Counted from the stretch's first letter, positions 24,860 through 39,551 are shown. The stretch is DNA of 64,000 nucleotides from Octopus sinensis (GCF_006345805.1 NC_043009.1:58094001-58158000), one strand, 5' to 3'. Translations and numbers: made by a program. Notes: generated by a model from the sequence alone, not told the origin.

Positions 24860-25467
24860 GCACACATACGTACACAAGCACACACACAGACACACATACA
24901 CGCACATCTCACATATATAATCATATATGTGTATTGGGTATGTAAAATTTATATATCCATATGTCATGAGTGACTTATCTAATTATTTATCTAATCCATA
25001 AAAGCTTTTTACGTGTGAAAGAAGTTACCCAAAACTTCGAAAGCTGTATGTCAGCATAAATCCGATCCGGGTGAAATATGATTAAAATATATTATCTTTG
25101 CTATTCGCCTACAAAATATCCCTTAGCCGCAACATTCACACAAATGCATACGCTAAAATCTTGGTTCTGTTCAAAGGACACGAAATAACACGTGATCAAG
25201 TTTTGTCTTTCTTCCTTTTTCACCTGTGTTTTAAATGCGTCAGCCAGTATATATTTTTTTTTAAACTATAATATGAAAACACTTCTTTGGGGAAAACGTA
25301 TGTTTGTAATTGTGTTTTCACACATATAAATACATAAAACAGAAGAATTACGACCCGTGTGTTACAAAGTGAAACTCTTTTTAATTAAACGAAAGATATA
25401 CGACCACATGAATAGAAACATTTTACTCCTTTTCAAACTTTTCTCAGTGTTTTACACACACACACAC

Positions 25468-25498
<31 letters not shown>

Positions 25499-25640
25499 AA
25501 TACACACACTAACACAAACACACACACATGTGATGTATGTGTGTGCGTGTGTGTGTGTGTATGTCTCAACGTGTGCAGGTATGTATGGATGCTAGTTCTT
25601 ACAGAAGCAAGAAAGGTCACACGTTCCAATTTTAGAGTAT

Positions 25641-26273
25641 ATTCTTTTCTGCTATAGGCTCAAGGCCCGAATTTTTTTTTTTTTTTTTGTGGGGGTGGGG
25701 CCAGTCGATTAGATCGACTCTAGTACTCAACTGGTACTTAATTTATCGACCCCGAAAGGATCAAAGGCGAAGTCGCCCTCGGCGGAATTTAAACTCAGAA
25801 CGTAAAGACAGACGAACTACCGCTCAACATTTCGACCGGCGTGCTAAGGTTTCTGCCAGCTAGCCGCCTTAACAGATCAAATATATTATTCTCTACTCTA
25901 GGCAGAAGTCCTAAAATTTTTGGGGAGTGAGCCAGTCGATTACATCAAGTCCAGTATGCAACCGGCACTTAATTTATCGACTTCGAAAGGATCAAATTCA
26001 TCGGCGGAATTTGAACTCAGAACGTAAAGGCAGACGAAATACCTATTTCCCTAACCCAGAAGGGGCTAAATACAGAGAGGACAAACAAGGACAGACAAAC
26101 GGATTAAGTCGATTTTATTGACCCCAGTGCGTAACTGGTACTTATTTAATCGACCGCGAAAGGATGAAAGGCAAAGTCGACCCCGGCGGAATTTGAACTC
26201 AGAACGTAGCGGCAGACGAAGTACCGCTAAGCATTTCGCCCGGCGTGCTAACGTTTCTACCAACTCGCCGCCT
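25641..26273 (-). mobile_element. SINE family A, two adjacent copies
   Basis: Family A head and core at 25641-25870 and 25888-26273. Confidence 0.85.
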
Positions 26274-26930
26274 ACCGGTAGAAAGGTAACAACGAAGAGA
26301 CGAGCCGTAGCAAATTTATCTCGTCTGTAGTGAAATAATGGAAGAGAAAAATGTATTTTCGACTGCAGAATGCTAACTGTAAAATAAAAGGTCAGAATAT
26401 ATTATTCTAAATCTATCCATTTGACCTGTGTGAGTTTCTGCTGACGAATGACGAAGTACTGCATGCATCATATTCGCTAGGTACACACACATAAGCACAG
26501 ACACACACACGCATACACATACCTATATTTAGCAATCAGTATATATATTCCTTAATCTGGATATACTGACCGAAAGCCAGGGAACCATACTATTCATCTT
26601 GTCAAAGCATTTCATAAAGTGCTAAGACGAATAGAATTATCAGTAGCAAGCAGAGAGTGTCCTGTAATTGCGCTAGAATTGCAACCGATAACGCGCAATG
26701 CTTAACCTTTTACAATGCTCTTAAGGATTCTGCTCTTTTTAGCACAATACGTCTATGCGATATATTTTCTTAAAGTGCACTGTACTATTGGGTCTTATTT
26801 GCAGTATACCCACATCGAGTAAAATATACAAATAGCTTCAAGGGACTCATGAAGCTTCAGTCGTTGATAACTTAAGCAACCCCCACATATACCTACATAC
26901 ACACACTAGCACGCATATATATATATATAA

Positions 26931-27090
26931 TTTTATTCTTTTATTTGTTTCAGTCAGTTCACTGCGGCCATGCTGGAGCACCACTTTTAGTTCGCAAATC
27001 TACTCCAGGACTTATTCATTGTAAGCCTAGTACTTATTCTATCGGCCTCTATTGCCGAACCGCCAGCATCGGTTCTCAGGGATAAACACA

Positions 27091-27140
<50 letters not shown>

Positions 27141-27338
27141 TTACACCCACACATAATATATATATATATATATATAACACGTGCTTCTTTGAGTTTCCGT
27201 CTACAAAATCCACTCACAAGGATTTGGTAGGCCCGAGGTTATAGTAGAATACACTTACCAAGGTGCCACGCAGTGGGACTGAACCCGGAACAACGTGACT
27301 GGTAAGCAAGCCACTTTACACACAGCCACTTCTGCGCC
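26931..27338 (-). mobile_element. SINE family C
   Basis: Near full-length copy with internal microsatellite. Confidence 0.8.
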
Positions 27339-27459
27339 TATATGTGTACATATATTTAAGTATATTTATGCATATATGTGTTTGTGTGTGTGTGTCTATG
27401 TGCAGACATCTGCCCACACATGCATACCTACACACATACATATATATACACACAACTGT

Positions 27460-27524
<65 letters not shown>

Positions 27525-27530
27525 CATATG

Positions 27531-27573
<43 letters not shown>

Positions 27574-28139
27574 TATATTATATATATATATGTATGTATG
27601 TATATATCTTCAGGCAGAGTGTTGGATTTTAATTAAAAATAATTTCCTTATCACCAACTCACGTGATAGCCTGCAAGTAACTTTGAGTTGTTCATGCCGA
27701 AGGTAAAATATTGGGAAGGGGGATTTGAGAACAAAAACAAAATAAAAATGTAAAAGAAAAAAACATCCGATATCATTGATTTCCTCTCTCTAGAGAGTGC
27801 GTGTTTTTTTTTTCACGTACAAAAATTTGTGTCTGTTAGACATTTTGATACCACGGTAATCGTAATTCCACTACTCTTCGATGAAGAGTTCCAATAAATT
27901 TGAACCACGTGAACACATGTTACTATAGCAACCACAGATTAGAGTCAGCAGCTAACTCTATGTACCTCTATTGAAATCAAATTTTCAATGATTGTAATTT
28001 CGATAGCTTTGTGCCAGCGAGAAAAATATTTTCATTAACGCTAATGATTTGTTATTAGGGCTGAATTTCAATTAATTAAAAATTATTTTTGACTCACATA
28101 ATTCAGTTAGCCCAACTATATTTCTATTCATTTTTTTTT

Positions 28140-28356
28140 TTACTTGTTTCCGTTATTTCCCAGCGGCTATAATGGGACACCGGCTATATTCGAACAAATC
28201 GATCACAGGTGTTATTCTTTGTAAGCCTAGCACTTATTCTATCGGTACTTTTGCCGAACCGCTATGTTACAGGGTTGTAAAGATGCCTACATCAATTGTC
28301 AAGTGATAGTAGAGGATCAAACATACAGACGTAAATACATAGATACCCACACACGC

Positions 28357-28428
<72 letters not shown>

Positions 28429-28540
28429 GACGGGCTTCTTTCTGTTTCCGCCTAGCAAGTCCACTCACGAAGCCTTGGCCGTCCAAAGGCTATAGTGGAA
28501 AACACTTGCCCAAGGTACCACGCAGTTGGACTGAACTCAT
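28140..28540 (-). mobile_element. SINE family C (diverged)
   Basis: Homologous to 53476-53868. Confidence 0.7.
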
Positions 28541-28578
28541 AACCATACAAGCACACACACACACACACACACCATATA

Positions 28579-28625
<47 letters not shown>

Positions 28626-28918
28626 TGTGTGTGTGTGTGTGTGTGTATTTTATACCTATATACAAATAAAGGAATTCTCGAACGCAGGATGGCTGTAGAG
28701 GCAGCTTGCAAACTGGAAAGCGAGCATTTACACAGGATCAAACACTGTACCTCTCAAATTTCGGCTGAGCACACCGCACCATTGGGTTAAGAAACACCTG
28801 TCAACAAATATCGTCTTTTATAATGCCAAATACTAGCTTTTATCTTGTGAGGGTATTTCGTAAACCAATTTAGAAGCGCAGAGAAAATTGATCATTGCAT
28901 CTCAGAGGTTACGTAACT

Positions 28919-29402
28919 GATCATCATCATTGTTCGACCGTGGTCGAGACAATGGAATTTACCATGCTACGCCAGACTTCACGGTCCATCATGGCATTAC
29001 GGAGGTCCTGTTGCTGGATGCCTGTATCCCTGGAGATTACATCAGGGTAGGAGAGTGTGCGCCCTCTGGTATTGCGAGTAGATGGCTTCCAGAGGAGAAG
29101 AGTAGAAATTACTTCTTTTTCAGCTCTACAACAATGTCCAGCAAACTGGACTCTCCTACCTTTCACAAGAGATGACACAGGTGGTGTTTTCCCATAAATA
29201 TTTGCATTTTGGTTGGATGGCGCTTCCACGAGAGATTTTGAGCTCTCATAAGGAGGCGAGTGTAGGTTCCATCCAACCGCCTCTCAAGCTTCTTTGATAA
29301 CGTCCAGGTATCTGAGCCATATAGTAGAATTGGTTCGACTGTGGCTTTCAAGATTTCAAGTTTGAAGTCACTACTTAGATTTGATGACCAGATCTTATGC
29401 CA
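28919..29402 (-). mobile_element. RTE-clade LINE, 5'-truncated 3' end
   Basis: KIWSSNLSSDFKLEILKATVEPILLYGSDTWTLSKKLERRLDGTYTRLL / RRVQFAGHCCR...RGRTLSYPDVISRDTG...MMDREVWR with one frameshift. The stop runs directly into a (TGA)n tail. Confidence 0.9.
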
Positions 29403-29806
29403 CATCTCACAGATTCCGGAATTGCTTGCACATCTCCCTTAGAATTTGGGAGGTATAGGGTTCGAACTCTCTGTAGATGCCTATTCGCCAATCATATCGT
29501 CTTATAAGGTTTACCCGATACTCTAAACTGTCTTCACAGTCATCCAGCATTCGAGAATTCCTTTATTTTCCGTAGAATTGCGACACTCTTGGTAATTCTA
29601 AGTATATTTACAAAACATTCTTAGAATATATATATATTAAACAGACATACATCTTTGTATATATTACGCATAAATATATATCTAATGTAGGATAGAATTT
29701 TTTCGAAAAAAAATTTTATCAATGGCCAGCATATTAAAAAATACCTTTAAAGGTTAAATTTATATAATTCATAAATAAGGGCAAACGAAAATATTTCTAA
29801 TGCCAA

Positions 29807-30108
29807 ATATGCCGAAAAATTGGACATATTCTCCATTAACCATATAATTTTTTCACAATATGCACGCTACTCGAAAAAAGGTCGACAGAAATTTCTAAAA
29901 TATTCCATTATTACCATATCGGACCGATTTCAGGGTTAGCTCATAAGAGTCCTCCCTTCGTCAGTGATAAATTTTGAACTAACCTTGAAATCGGTCCGAT
30001 ATGGTAATAATGGAATAGTTTAGAAATTCTGTCGACCTTTTTTCGAGTAGCGTGCATATTGTGAAAAAATTATTGGTTAATGGAGAATATGTCCAATTTT
30101 CGGCATAT
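29807..30108. repeat. Inverted repeat (~135-bp arms, ~30-bp spacer); PLE terminal-repeat foldback
   Basis: 29807-29943 is the near-perfect reverse complement of 29975-30108. Confidence 0.9.
29917..29969 (-). ncRNA. Type I hammerhead motif at the apex of the inverted repeat
   Basis: TATCA-CTGACGA-AGGG...CCCT-GAAA-TCG-GTC-CGATA. There is one mismatch at the base of stem I and C15.2>T. Confidence 0.65.
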
Positions 30109-30161
30109 AAATCATCTATCTTATATCTTATATATGTAGGTAGATAGATTGATAGACTGAC

Positions 30162-30224
<63 letters not shown>

Positions 30225-30233
30225 TAGATAGAT

Positions 30234-30292
<59 letters not shown>

Positions 30293-30295
30293 TAT

Positions 30296-30329
<34 letters not shown>

Positions 30330-30754
30330 CGACCACTATAGAGTTGGATGCATAGAAATAAAACCATACATATAAATGAATATGCACAAATTTATTCCCA
30401 AATATACAAATACATACACACACATTCAAAATCAAAGATACAGAGAAAATGAGAGATAGCGTGGTACAAAAATTATCTGAGGTGTAATGACATTCTAAGA
30501 AAAGTCTATAAAAGTCTATAAAATAACATTGTTGAGTGTTTATAAGAAACATTAAATCACTACTTTATAAAAATTTTCCTGTGAGGTTCTATGCACTTGC
30601 AAATGTATGACTTCATTTTTCTGCAATTAGATGTACATGTCTCGCTCCCCCTCTCTCTCTCTCCGTCTTCTTTTTTTCTTCTCCCTCTTCCCATCCCCAG
30701 CTCTTTCTCTCTCTCACCCACTCTCTCACTGTGTGTATATATATATATATATAT

Positions 30755-30854
30755 NNNNNNNNNNNNNNNNNNNNNNNNNNNNNNNNNNNNNNNNNNNNNN
30801 NNNNNNNNNNNNNNNNNNNNNNNNNNNNNNNNNNNNNNNNNNNNNNNNNNNNNN
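30755..30854. other. Assembly gap
   Basis: 100 N. Confidence 1.
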
Positions 30855-31277
30855 ATGTGTAAGGATCGGGGGTAACGAGGGAGGGGTTAAGATGCAGGGA
30901 GAGGGTGGAAGGGACAAATTAGGTAGGAGTGAAGAGAGGAACTAGGTGCCAGAGTAACAGAGAAGAGGTGGGTGGGAGGGAGTAGGTGTGAGAGGGAGAG
31001 AGGAAAGTGGAGGAAGGTTAGATGAAGAGGGGAGGAGAGTTCAACCCATGTGGTGCAAAGGGGCGAAGAGAAATTAATCCCGGCTCATGACGAAGACGGG
31101 AGTCCGGATGGTCCCCGTGAACGGACAATCCGAACACAGTCAGATGTTGTAAAGAGTGACAGGTAGAGCGGAAATGGCGTGAGACCGGGTGTCATTCCAG
31201 AGTCAGATATCTCGGGGGTGTTCCGCGAACCGGTCAGCCAAGCGGCGTCCCGTTTGACCGATGTATAGAGAAGGACA
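30855..31277 (-). mobile_element. Penelope-like (Neptune-type) GIY-YIG endonuclease fragment plus CT-rich 3' region
   Basis: CPSLYIGQTGRRLADRFAEHPRDI*..NDT/VSRHFRSTCHSLQHLTVFGL...RLRHE..LI...APHGLN. Confidence 0.85.
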
Positions 31278-31823
31278 CGTATGCATGTATGTATGTATGG
31301 ATGTATGTATGTATGTATGTATGTATGTATGTATGTATGTATCTATCTATCCTATCTATAGCTAGCTAGCTATTAAACCGGATATTTATTTAGAAGTTCT
31401 TCCCTTATTAGCTACGTGCGAGCCAATTCAGAGGTCAGAGGAGGTCTCGATATATGTATTTATTTATTCAGATATCTAAGTATGTATATTGTGTTTGTAT
31501 TATATATATATATATATATATATATGCAACTATTCACACACATACAATAGGGCGTATTCATATATATTCGTGCGCACGTGCATGCGTGTATTTTGTGTCT
31601 GTGAGTGATTGAAATGGACGTGCTCTCGTGGAAATGAAGCGAGTATCCACATGTTGCAGTCAGCATTTTACTAATATATATTAATTGGTTCATTGAATTA
31701 CGTGGAAGCCTCTACGTGGTTCGTGATTCGCTTTCTACTCAACAGGCAATAAAATAACAAAAATAAATGTTTGCGTAAGCATGCTTTTATATATATATAT
31801 ATATGTACGAATGTATGTGTATG

Positions 31824-31857
<34 letters not shown>

Positions 31858-32534
31858 TGTATGTATATGCCTCTGTGTGTGTGTGTGTGTGTATGTGTTT
31901 TACAAATGCCAAACTAGATCTATTGTCAAAGTTGTATAAAGTATATGTTACAGTCATGATTTACAGAGAAAACGTGAGTATGAAGCCTGTTCACAATGTT
32001 GGAATTATTTCGGCAATAAAATAACACAATAACACACACAAAAACATTGTATTCTAATTCTGTTTTTTTTTTTATGAGAATGCATGTTTACATTCATACA
32101 AATCGTTTATGAGGATAAACGACTTAAAATGTAATAAAAAAAATTGGGGGAATATAGTAGCGAAAAGAATAAAAGTAAATAGACGACTGTACCGTTCTCC
32201 TTCGCTTAGAATTTGCCAAGGCATGAAATCATATAGGGAAAAAAATAGCGTAGTTAAGCGACAGAAACAAGCAATTTAGTGGGGTCGCCAATGGTCTACT
32301 TATACTGTTAATATTCTTCGTGGTTACTCCATTGCTAATCCTACGTAAAGATATCTATTGTCAAAATGGTTTCATCCATGAACAGGTCATACTTTCACCA
32401 TGGCGTTTCTAAGATGAGATATAGCTATGTTCTTCTTTATCAGACGGCAGTGAAACCGCGTGGCTTCGTGTTTCGGGGAATTAGGCTCACAATCGTAATG
32501 TCGTGAGTTCTATTCATTGCAGCACGTTTCTTAA

Positions 32535-32852
32535 AGACTCCGCCGGTTACGACGACGAGGGTCCTAGCTGATACGATCAACGGAACAGCTTGCTCGTGAA
32601 ATTAACGTGCAAATGGCTGAGCATTCCACAGACACGTGTACCCTTAACGTAATTCTCGGGGATAATCAGCGTGACACAGAGAGTGACAAGGCTGACCCTT
32701 TGAAATACAAGTACAACTCATTTTTGCCAGCTGAGTGGACTGGAGCAACGTGAAATAAAGTGTCTTGCTCAAGGACACAACGCGTCGCCGGGAATCGAAC
32801 TCCAACCTTACGATCATGAGCCGAATGCCCTAACCACTAAGCCACGCGCCCT
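32535..32852 (-). mobile_element. SINE family B nested in an older, opposite-orientation SINE (32455-32975)
   Basis: Full tRNA head on the minus strand. Flanked by a 12-bp direct repeat TGCAGC(A/G)CGTTT at 32518 and 32857. Confidence 0.8.
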
Positions 32853-33029
32853 CACTGCAGCGCGTTTACTCGTAAATCACTGGCAAACTGACTACCACCC
32901 CGTAAACCAATGGGCCAGTCTTGTCCCATCATGCGTCACGCTCGATCTTCCTGAGAAGTACGTTAAGGGTACACGTAACAGGGCAGTGAAGACGGCGAGC
33001 TGGCAGAAACGTTAGCACGCCGGGCGAAA

Positions 33030-33363
33030 TATATCAACAAAACACTTTTTTCCTCGATGTCAAAAAACAACAAAAGTCTTAACAAAAACTTACTTGTCGC
33101 TAGAAAGGGACTTAACTCCTGTTTGCAAACAGTAGTGATTTCTCCGACTTGAAAATTGTTAAAAGTTTTGGTTGAAAATTAATTTTTACTGCTATTCGCT
33201 GGTGCCTCTGGGAAAAATAGGTTGCCGAAAATACAGCTAGGGCATGATGAATGTCCTCCTAAAATAGGGACGATATGCGTGCTAATTTGTGGACGTGCAT
33301 AAATTACATTCACGTACACACACACACACGCACACACAGATCCTGCCATTTATATATACAGAT
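33030..33363 (-). mobile_element. Helitron-like non-autonomous 5' portion
   Basis: Minus strand begins ATCTGTATATATAAATGGCAGGATCTGTGTGTG, the same head architecture as the element at 4371. Confidence 0.4.
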
Positions 33364-33801
33364 GATTAGTTAGGGTAGACAAATCGAAGCAAATTTGGGT
33401 TCCAATCTGAATGTGATCATCAATCATGGTTCCTGAGTTACTAGATTCGTGATATCCACTGCATTATGCTTACATAAATGTATGTATTGGTTTTACTATG
33501 AATAGTATTCTTCTTGCTTATACTTTTAGTTCAACAAATTTATCAACTACATTTAATCGGAGATTGTTTCATAACTATTTAGATAAGAATGCTGAAGTCG
33601 ATGATTCTCTGGTATGGGTTGCTATAATAAGTATAAAAAAAAAGAACGACGTCTAGTTTCTATCGCTTTCTTGCCCGAAAACGAACATTCGATTTTTTTT
33701 TACGAATATAAATGATAAAAATGTTATCCCTTGCAGCATAATTTTGTCTGGTTATAGTCACGATTATTTAGGCCTGAAATCTACCTACTTACATATCTAT
33801 C

Positions 33802-33866
<65 letters not shown>

Positions 33867-33869
33867 CTC

Positions 33870-33903
<34 letters not shown>

Positions 33904-33963
33904 TATATATATAGACGTGTGTGTGTTTGTGTGTATTAAATATTCAGATTTATATATGTATAA

Positions 33964-34003
<40 letters not shown>

Positions 34004-34696
34004 CTCTTTCACGGGATGCTTATTTCTCGCTAGATTCTAGATTTTTCATGCTAATATGTATTAAATATGTTAACATTAATAAAATAACGCCTCAGTTCCT
34101 AAATCAATAAAGCAGTCAACGTTATATCTTATAAAACCTGAGTAAAACAACAATTTCCTACCTAACAACATGAATTAATTACTTATATATATATGACTGC
34201 ATATATTGGCTAATTTATCTTATATATTTCATATCGCAAGTAGTGAAAAAAAAGCAATATCGTTTATAGATTTACATCAAGCTAACCCCTGATATAATGC
34301 ATTTCTAATGCTCAGATTAGCAATGGAGTATTTATAATATGTAAGAACGATAGTTAGTCAACTTTGTATTTTTAGAATCAGATACTAGTTTTTCGGTTTC
34401 TACGAAAATACTTCACACCGAAATTTGTCAGTAAGTGATAGGCGAGTCTCACAAATGCCATATGTAGCTGTTAAACAATACAAAAAAGGCACAGACACAG
34501 ACAAACACACACACATACAATCTACCTCACTCACACACAAACGCAGAGGCACACATAGATGAATTGATGGATAGGTAGATAGATAGGTAGAGAGACGGAT
34601 GTATAAATAAATAGGAAGATAGAGTGATAGATAGATATCTAGATAGCTATATATATATATAGATATATAAATAGCTATATATATATATATATATAT

Positions 34697-34731
<35 letters not shown>

Positions 34732-34797
34732 TAGATAGATAGATAGATTGATAGATAGATAGATAGATAGATAGATATATAGATAGATAGATAGATT

Positions 34798-34867
<70 letters not shown>

Positions 34868-35104
34868 GAGAGAGATATTAATACATATAAGGCGTTCGTT
34901 AGTAGGTAGGTGTTGTTGAAAGCATCTCTTCAGAATATCAGTCAGAAAGATCGTGTTCGAAATCAAATAACATTGATGCGACCTTGCTAAACGAGGAATC
35001 ATGTCTGCAAGTTAGGTTATCAGACGCTACAAGAATCTAACAAATCTTTATAAAAATCTTTATTATGATTACAAAAATCGTTACAAAGATAGGAAAGTTA
35101 TTTT

Positions 35105-35408
35105 CAGTGGTTATGAGAGTTGTGAGCTCGAATCCCGGACCGGGCTGCGTGTTGTGTTCTTGAGCAAGACACTTTATTTCACGTTGCTCCAGTTCACTCA
35201 GCTGTAGAAATGAGTTGCGACGTCACAGGTGCCAAGCTGTATCGACCCTTGCCTTTCCCTTGGACAACATCGGTGACGTGGAGAAGGGAGGCCGGTATGC
35301 ATGGGCGACTGCTGGTCTCCCATAAAACAACCTTGCCCAGACTTGTGCCTCAGAGGGTAACTCTCTAGATGCAAACCCATGGTCAGTGTCTGACCGAAGG
35401 GGGTCACC
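35105..35408 (+). mobile_element. SINE family B
   Basis: Homologous to 7829-8085. Confidence 0.8.
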
Positions 35409-35487
35409 ACAATATATATTTTAGTATGGAATTATGTAAAATTCCTTTCTATCATAGGCACAATACGTGAAATTTTGTGAGGAGATC

Positions 35488-36248
35488 GATGTCTTGCAAA
35501 ATGCAGCCTTATTGGGCACGGCGCACATCTTAAGGAAAGTATCATCTGTCAGAGTTCCTTGACAGATGACTAAAGACTCCGGTGCATTTATACCTACTCA
35601 GTAACCTTCTTTATCGCATAACTTGTCAGCTGGGCATGCTATATCTATGATCCAGCATCATTTGCATTCTTTCTCAATTAACACTATGTCTGGTTTAGTA
35701 TTCTTTATCTCATGGTCGCACTGAATCATAAAATCCCACAGGATCTTTGCATTATCATTTTCAACGATGCCTTCGGGATTATGTTCGTATCACTTTTTTA
35801 CTCTGGCAAGTCCATACTTGTTTCAAAGTTTCCATGACGTCTCTTATATTCTTTCTGGGATAGAGACGTACATTGACTGGTAACCAGCAGAGGCATCTTC
35901 CAAGGGGACAGCCTGTCCCCACTGATCTTTATACTGTGCATGATAGCACTAACACTGATTCTGATGAAAGCAATGACTGGGTATATATTCAAAAGCCGCA
36001 AACAAACAAGTCAACTACTTGTTATTCATAGTTGCCCTCAGACTTTATGGTAAAGATGAATCCCAAATCAGTTCCCTCGTTTATATGATGTATATTTTCA
36101 ATGCTGATATCAGAATGGAGTTCGGATTGAAAAAGTGTGGTGTGTTAGTCTTGAAGAGAGGCAAAATCAATTCTATGGACGGGCTAACGATTCCGTCGGA
36201 GGAGTTTATGAAACAAATAGAAGAGACGGGCTATAAGTACTTGGGGGT
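35488..36248. mobile_element. Rearranged R4/Dong-clade LINE (RT plus restriction-like endonuclease)
   Basis: 35490 (+): LQNAALLGTAHILRKV. 35600-35880 (-): YEHNPEGIVENDNAKILWDFMIQCDHEIKNTKPDIVLIEK..CWIIDIACPAD. 35885-36248 (+): RGIFQGDSLSPLIF...MEFGLKKC...YKYLGV. Confidence 0.85.
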
Positions 36249-36275
36249 CATCATCATCACCATTATTATTATTAT

Positions 36276-36306
<31 letters not shown>

Positions 36307-36649
36307 GGCCGAGCTTGCACAATCATGAGAATGCTTAACAGAATTTCATCTGTCTTTACGTTCTGAGTTCAAATTCCGCCCAGATCGAGTTTGCTTTAAT
36401 CCTTTCTGGGTTGATAAAGCATGTCCCGGTGAAACACTTGGATCGAAGTAACTGACACACCCCCTCCTCGAAATTGGCTGCACTTGCGGAAAAATTTAAA
36501 GAAAAACAACAACAATAACAACAACAACAACAACAATGATAATAATGGTTATTATTATTATTATTATTATCATTATTATTATTATTATATTATTATTATT
36601 ATCATTATTATTATTATTAATATTATTATTATCATTATTATTATTATTA

Positions 36650-36707
<58 letters not shown>

Positions 36708-36711
36708 GATT

Positions 36712-36986
36712 GTTTTATTATTCAGTAGTTTTATTTTTATAGCGTGCTTTCACTTCACTACCGAGGGCAGCTCTGTGTGCCTTGGTATGTGCTGTGATTT
36801 GTTGTGATGCTCTGATGGTTATTGTATGGAAAGTGTTCTGCGTAGGATGTGTGCAGTGCCTATTAGTGCAATTTTCTGTTTGTTTATACGTGTTTTTAAG
36901 TCTGGTTGTTTTGTTATGTATTTGTCTGAGTATTTTTTTATCATGCCCAATGCACCTACTATGTTAGGAATTGTTTCTGTTTTTAG
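36712..36986 (-). mobile_element. R4/Dong-clade LINE 3' end inside (TAA)n
   Basis: LKTETIPNIVGALGMIKK...QKIALIGTAHILRRTLSIQ* plus 3'UTR, with (TAA)n on both sides. Confidence 0.85.
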
Positions 36987-37903
36987 ATTATTATTATTAT
37001 TATTATTATTATATTATTATTATATTATTATTATTATTATTATTATTGTTGTTATTGATATTATTATTAAGCACAAATGCAGGCGCTCATACTCTGTGTG
37101 GCAAAATATGATACCAGTACTATTCCCAAAAGCCACAACAATACCACGAACACCAAGAACACAAGAGAAACAATAGAAGTCACGTAACACACGTAGAAGA
37201 TAACAAAACTACACACACAGTAACATGTAAATGCACATGCACACTCAAACACACACACACACACAAACACACTCACACACCCTCGTTAACAAGTGCATAT
37301 AAATACATGTAGATGAAAACTGCTCAAAAAAATGTCTAAAACATATGAAGTACATCAATACCACACATATAGAAACAAGAACATAAGACATTCTTGACTT
37401 CCAGAAAGTTCCTAGTATTTACCAAAACATCACGTTGTACATTCTGCTTTCTATTTCTGCGAATGTTTACCAATAACTGGAATTTATTATTGCTATCTAA
37501 ACAGGCAAAACACATAGTCGGACACATATCATTCGAACACACACACACACACATACACAAACACACACACACAAATACACACATACATACACATACACAC
37601 ACACACATATACAAACGCACGCACGAATATGTATATATAGTTACACGGAAACAAGCATATACTCCCAAATGCAGAAATACATATCATTTAAAGATATTTT
37701 TTCTTTCTTTTTCTAAAGATCATTGGCTGATAATATAAATGATTTCAGTGTTGTTGTTGATGTTGTGGTTCTTCTCGTTTGCTTTTTTTAGTTGCTATTA
37801 TTGTGTTTTTGATGCGAGGCGAGTCTTTTATGTTATTTTCAACAAGGAAGATGCAAGATGGCTGCCGCTAAAGGGAGATAAGTGAGACTTAACATGATAT
37901 ATA

Positions 37904-37955
<52 letters not shown>

Positions 37956-38305
37956 TATACATATAACACATGTTGATACGCTATACCTTACTGCAGTAAG
38001 CGAAGATATGTAAGGTGTAGCGCGGGAAAGAAGAAGACAAGAAAAAGAAGGAGGAAGGGAGTAGGGGCGGGAAGATGCTGATGCTGACTATAAGGGGAGA
38101 TGGGGGGAGTGAAACAACGGTATCAAGTTAATTAAATTGAAATCGTACGAAGAAACGTATCCTATACAGGTGTATGTATATATGTACATATGTATGTACC
38201 TACGTAAACATGCATACATATATACATACATATATATATATATACATACGTGCCCACATATGTGTATATATATATATATATAATTTATAATGTATATATA
38301 TATGC

Positions 38306-38356
<51 letters not shown>

Positions 38357-38599
38357 TATATATATATTATACTTCTATGTATATAGTCTATGTATACATA
38401 TGCGTATGTATGTATAGATTTGATAATGATAATTGATAGACACATATGAGTAAATAGTTATATTGTATTGTTCTACACGCAGAGAAAAACTGTACAGCTG
38501 TACAGATATCTATATCAGTATGTGTACATATGTAATACACATGTATGATATTGTTATACATTCATGCACACACAATGGTATATATGTTCATCTGCCTGC

Positions 38600-38653
<54 letters not shown>

Positions 38654-38721
38654 GTCTATCTATCTATTTATCTATTTGTCTATGTATGTATGTATGTATC
38701 TATCTATCCATCCATCTACGC

Positions 38722-38784
<63 letters not shown>

Positions 38785-38925
38785 GATAAATATAGATAAT
38801 ACATATATATATATATACATACATATATACATACGTACACACACACACACACTCACTCACACGCATATAAACATACACATGTAAACATACACACGCTGTT
38901 ATATTCTTACATGCTTGCGAATATA

Positions 38926-38958
<33 letters not shown>

Positions 38959-39229
38959 TTATATACCAGTACACACACACACATATACATACACGGACAC
39001 ACAGACACACACACCTAATTGTCTATATAATTGTGCACGATGCTGCCAAACACACAAGATCTCGATACGTTTTCAAATGTCAATAATCGTGTACATAACT
39101 TAACATCACATTAATTTTTTTTTCTTCTTCTCGCTCTTACTTCATTTCTCTTGTCGTAAACATTGCGGTTATTGTTGTTGTTGTTACAGTTGGCGCGTAA
39201 TTCACTTCTTATCTACGATCGTGTTTTTC

Positions 39230-39516
39230 TCATTGCTGCTGCTGATGGTGATGGTGGTGGTGTTGGTCCTTTTTTTTGTTTGTATTTAAGCTAGTATTAT
39301 TTTGTTGTTGTTGTTTTTTGTTTCTTCTCCTTTTTCTTGTTTTTCTCTCTTCTATTGTTGTTGTTCGTGTTGCTGTCACCGATGCTGTTGTCCTTGCTTC
39401 TGTTGTCTTATATTTATTTATATTTGTGTTGTGCATTCTTTGGTGATGGCATTCATCTCATTGCAGCTGATGTCATTACAGTTCATTATTATTATTATCA
39501 TTATTATTATATTATT

Positions 39517-39551
<35 letters not shown>

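Noticed and set aside
37428-37885. Isolated short exon-like segments (minus ~37428-37497; plus ~37847-37881)
   Set aside because: No phase-compatible partners and no recognisable protein.
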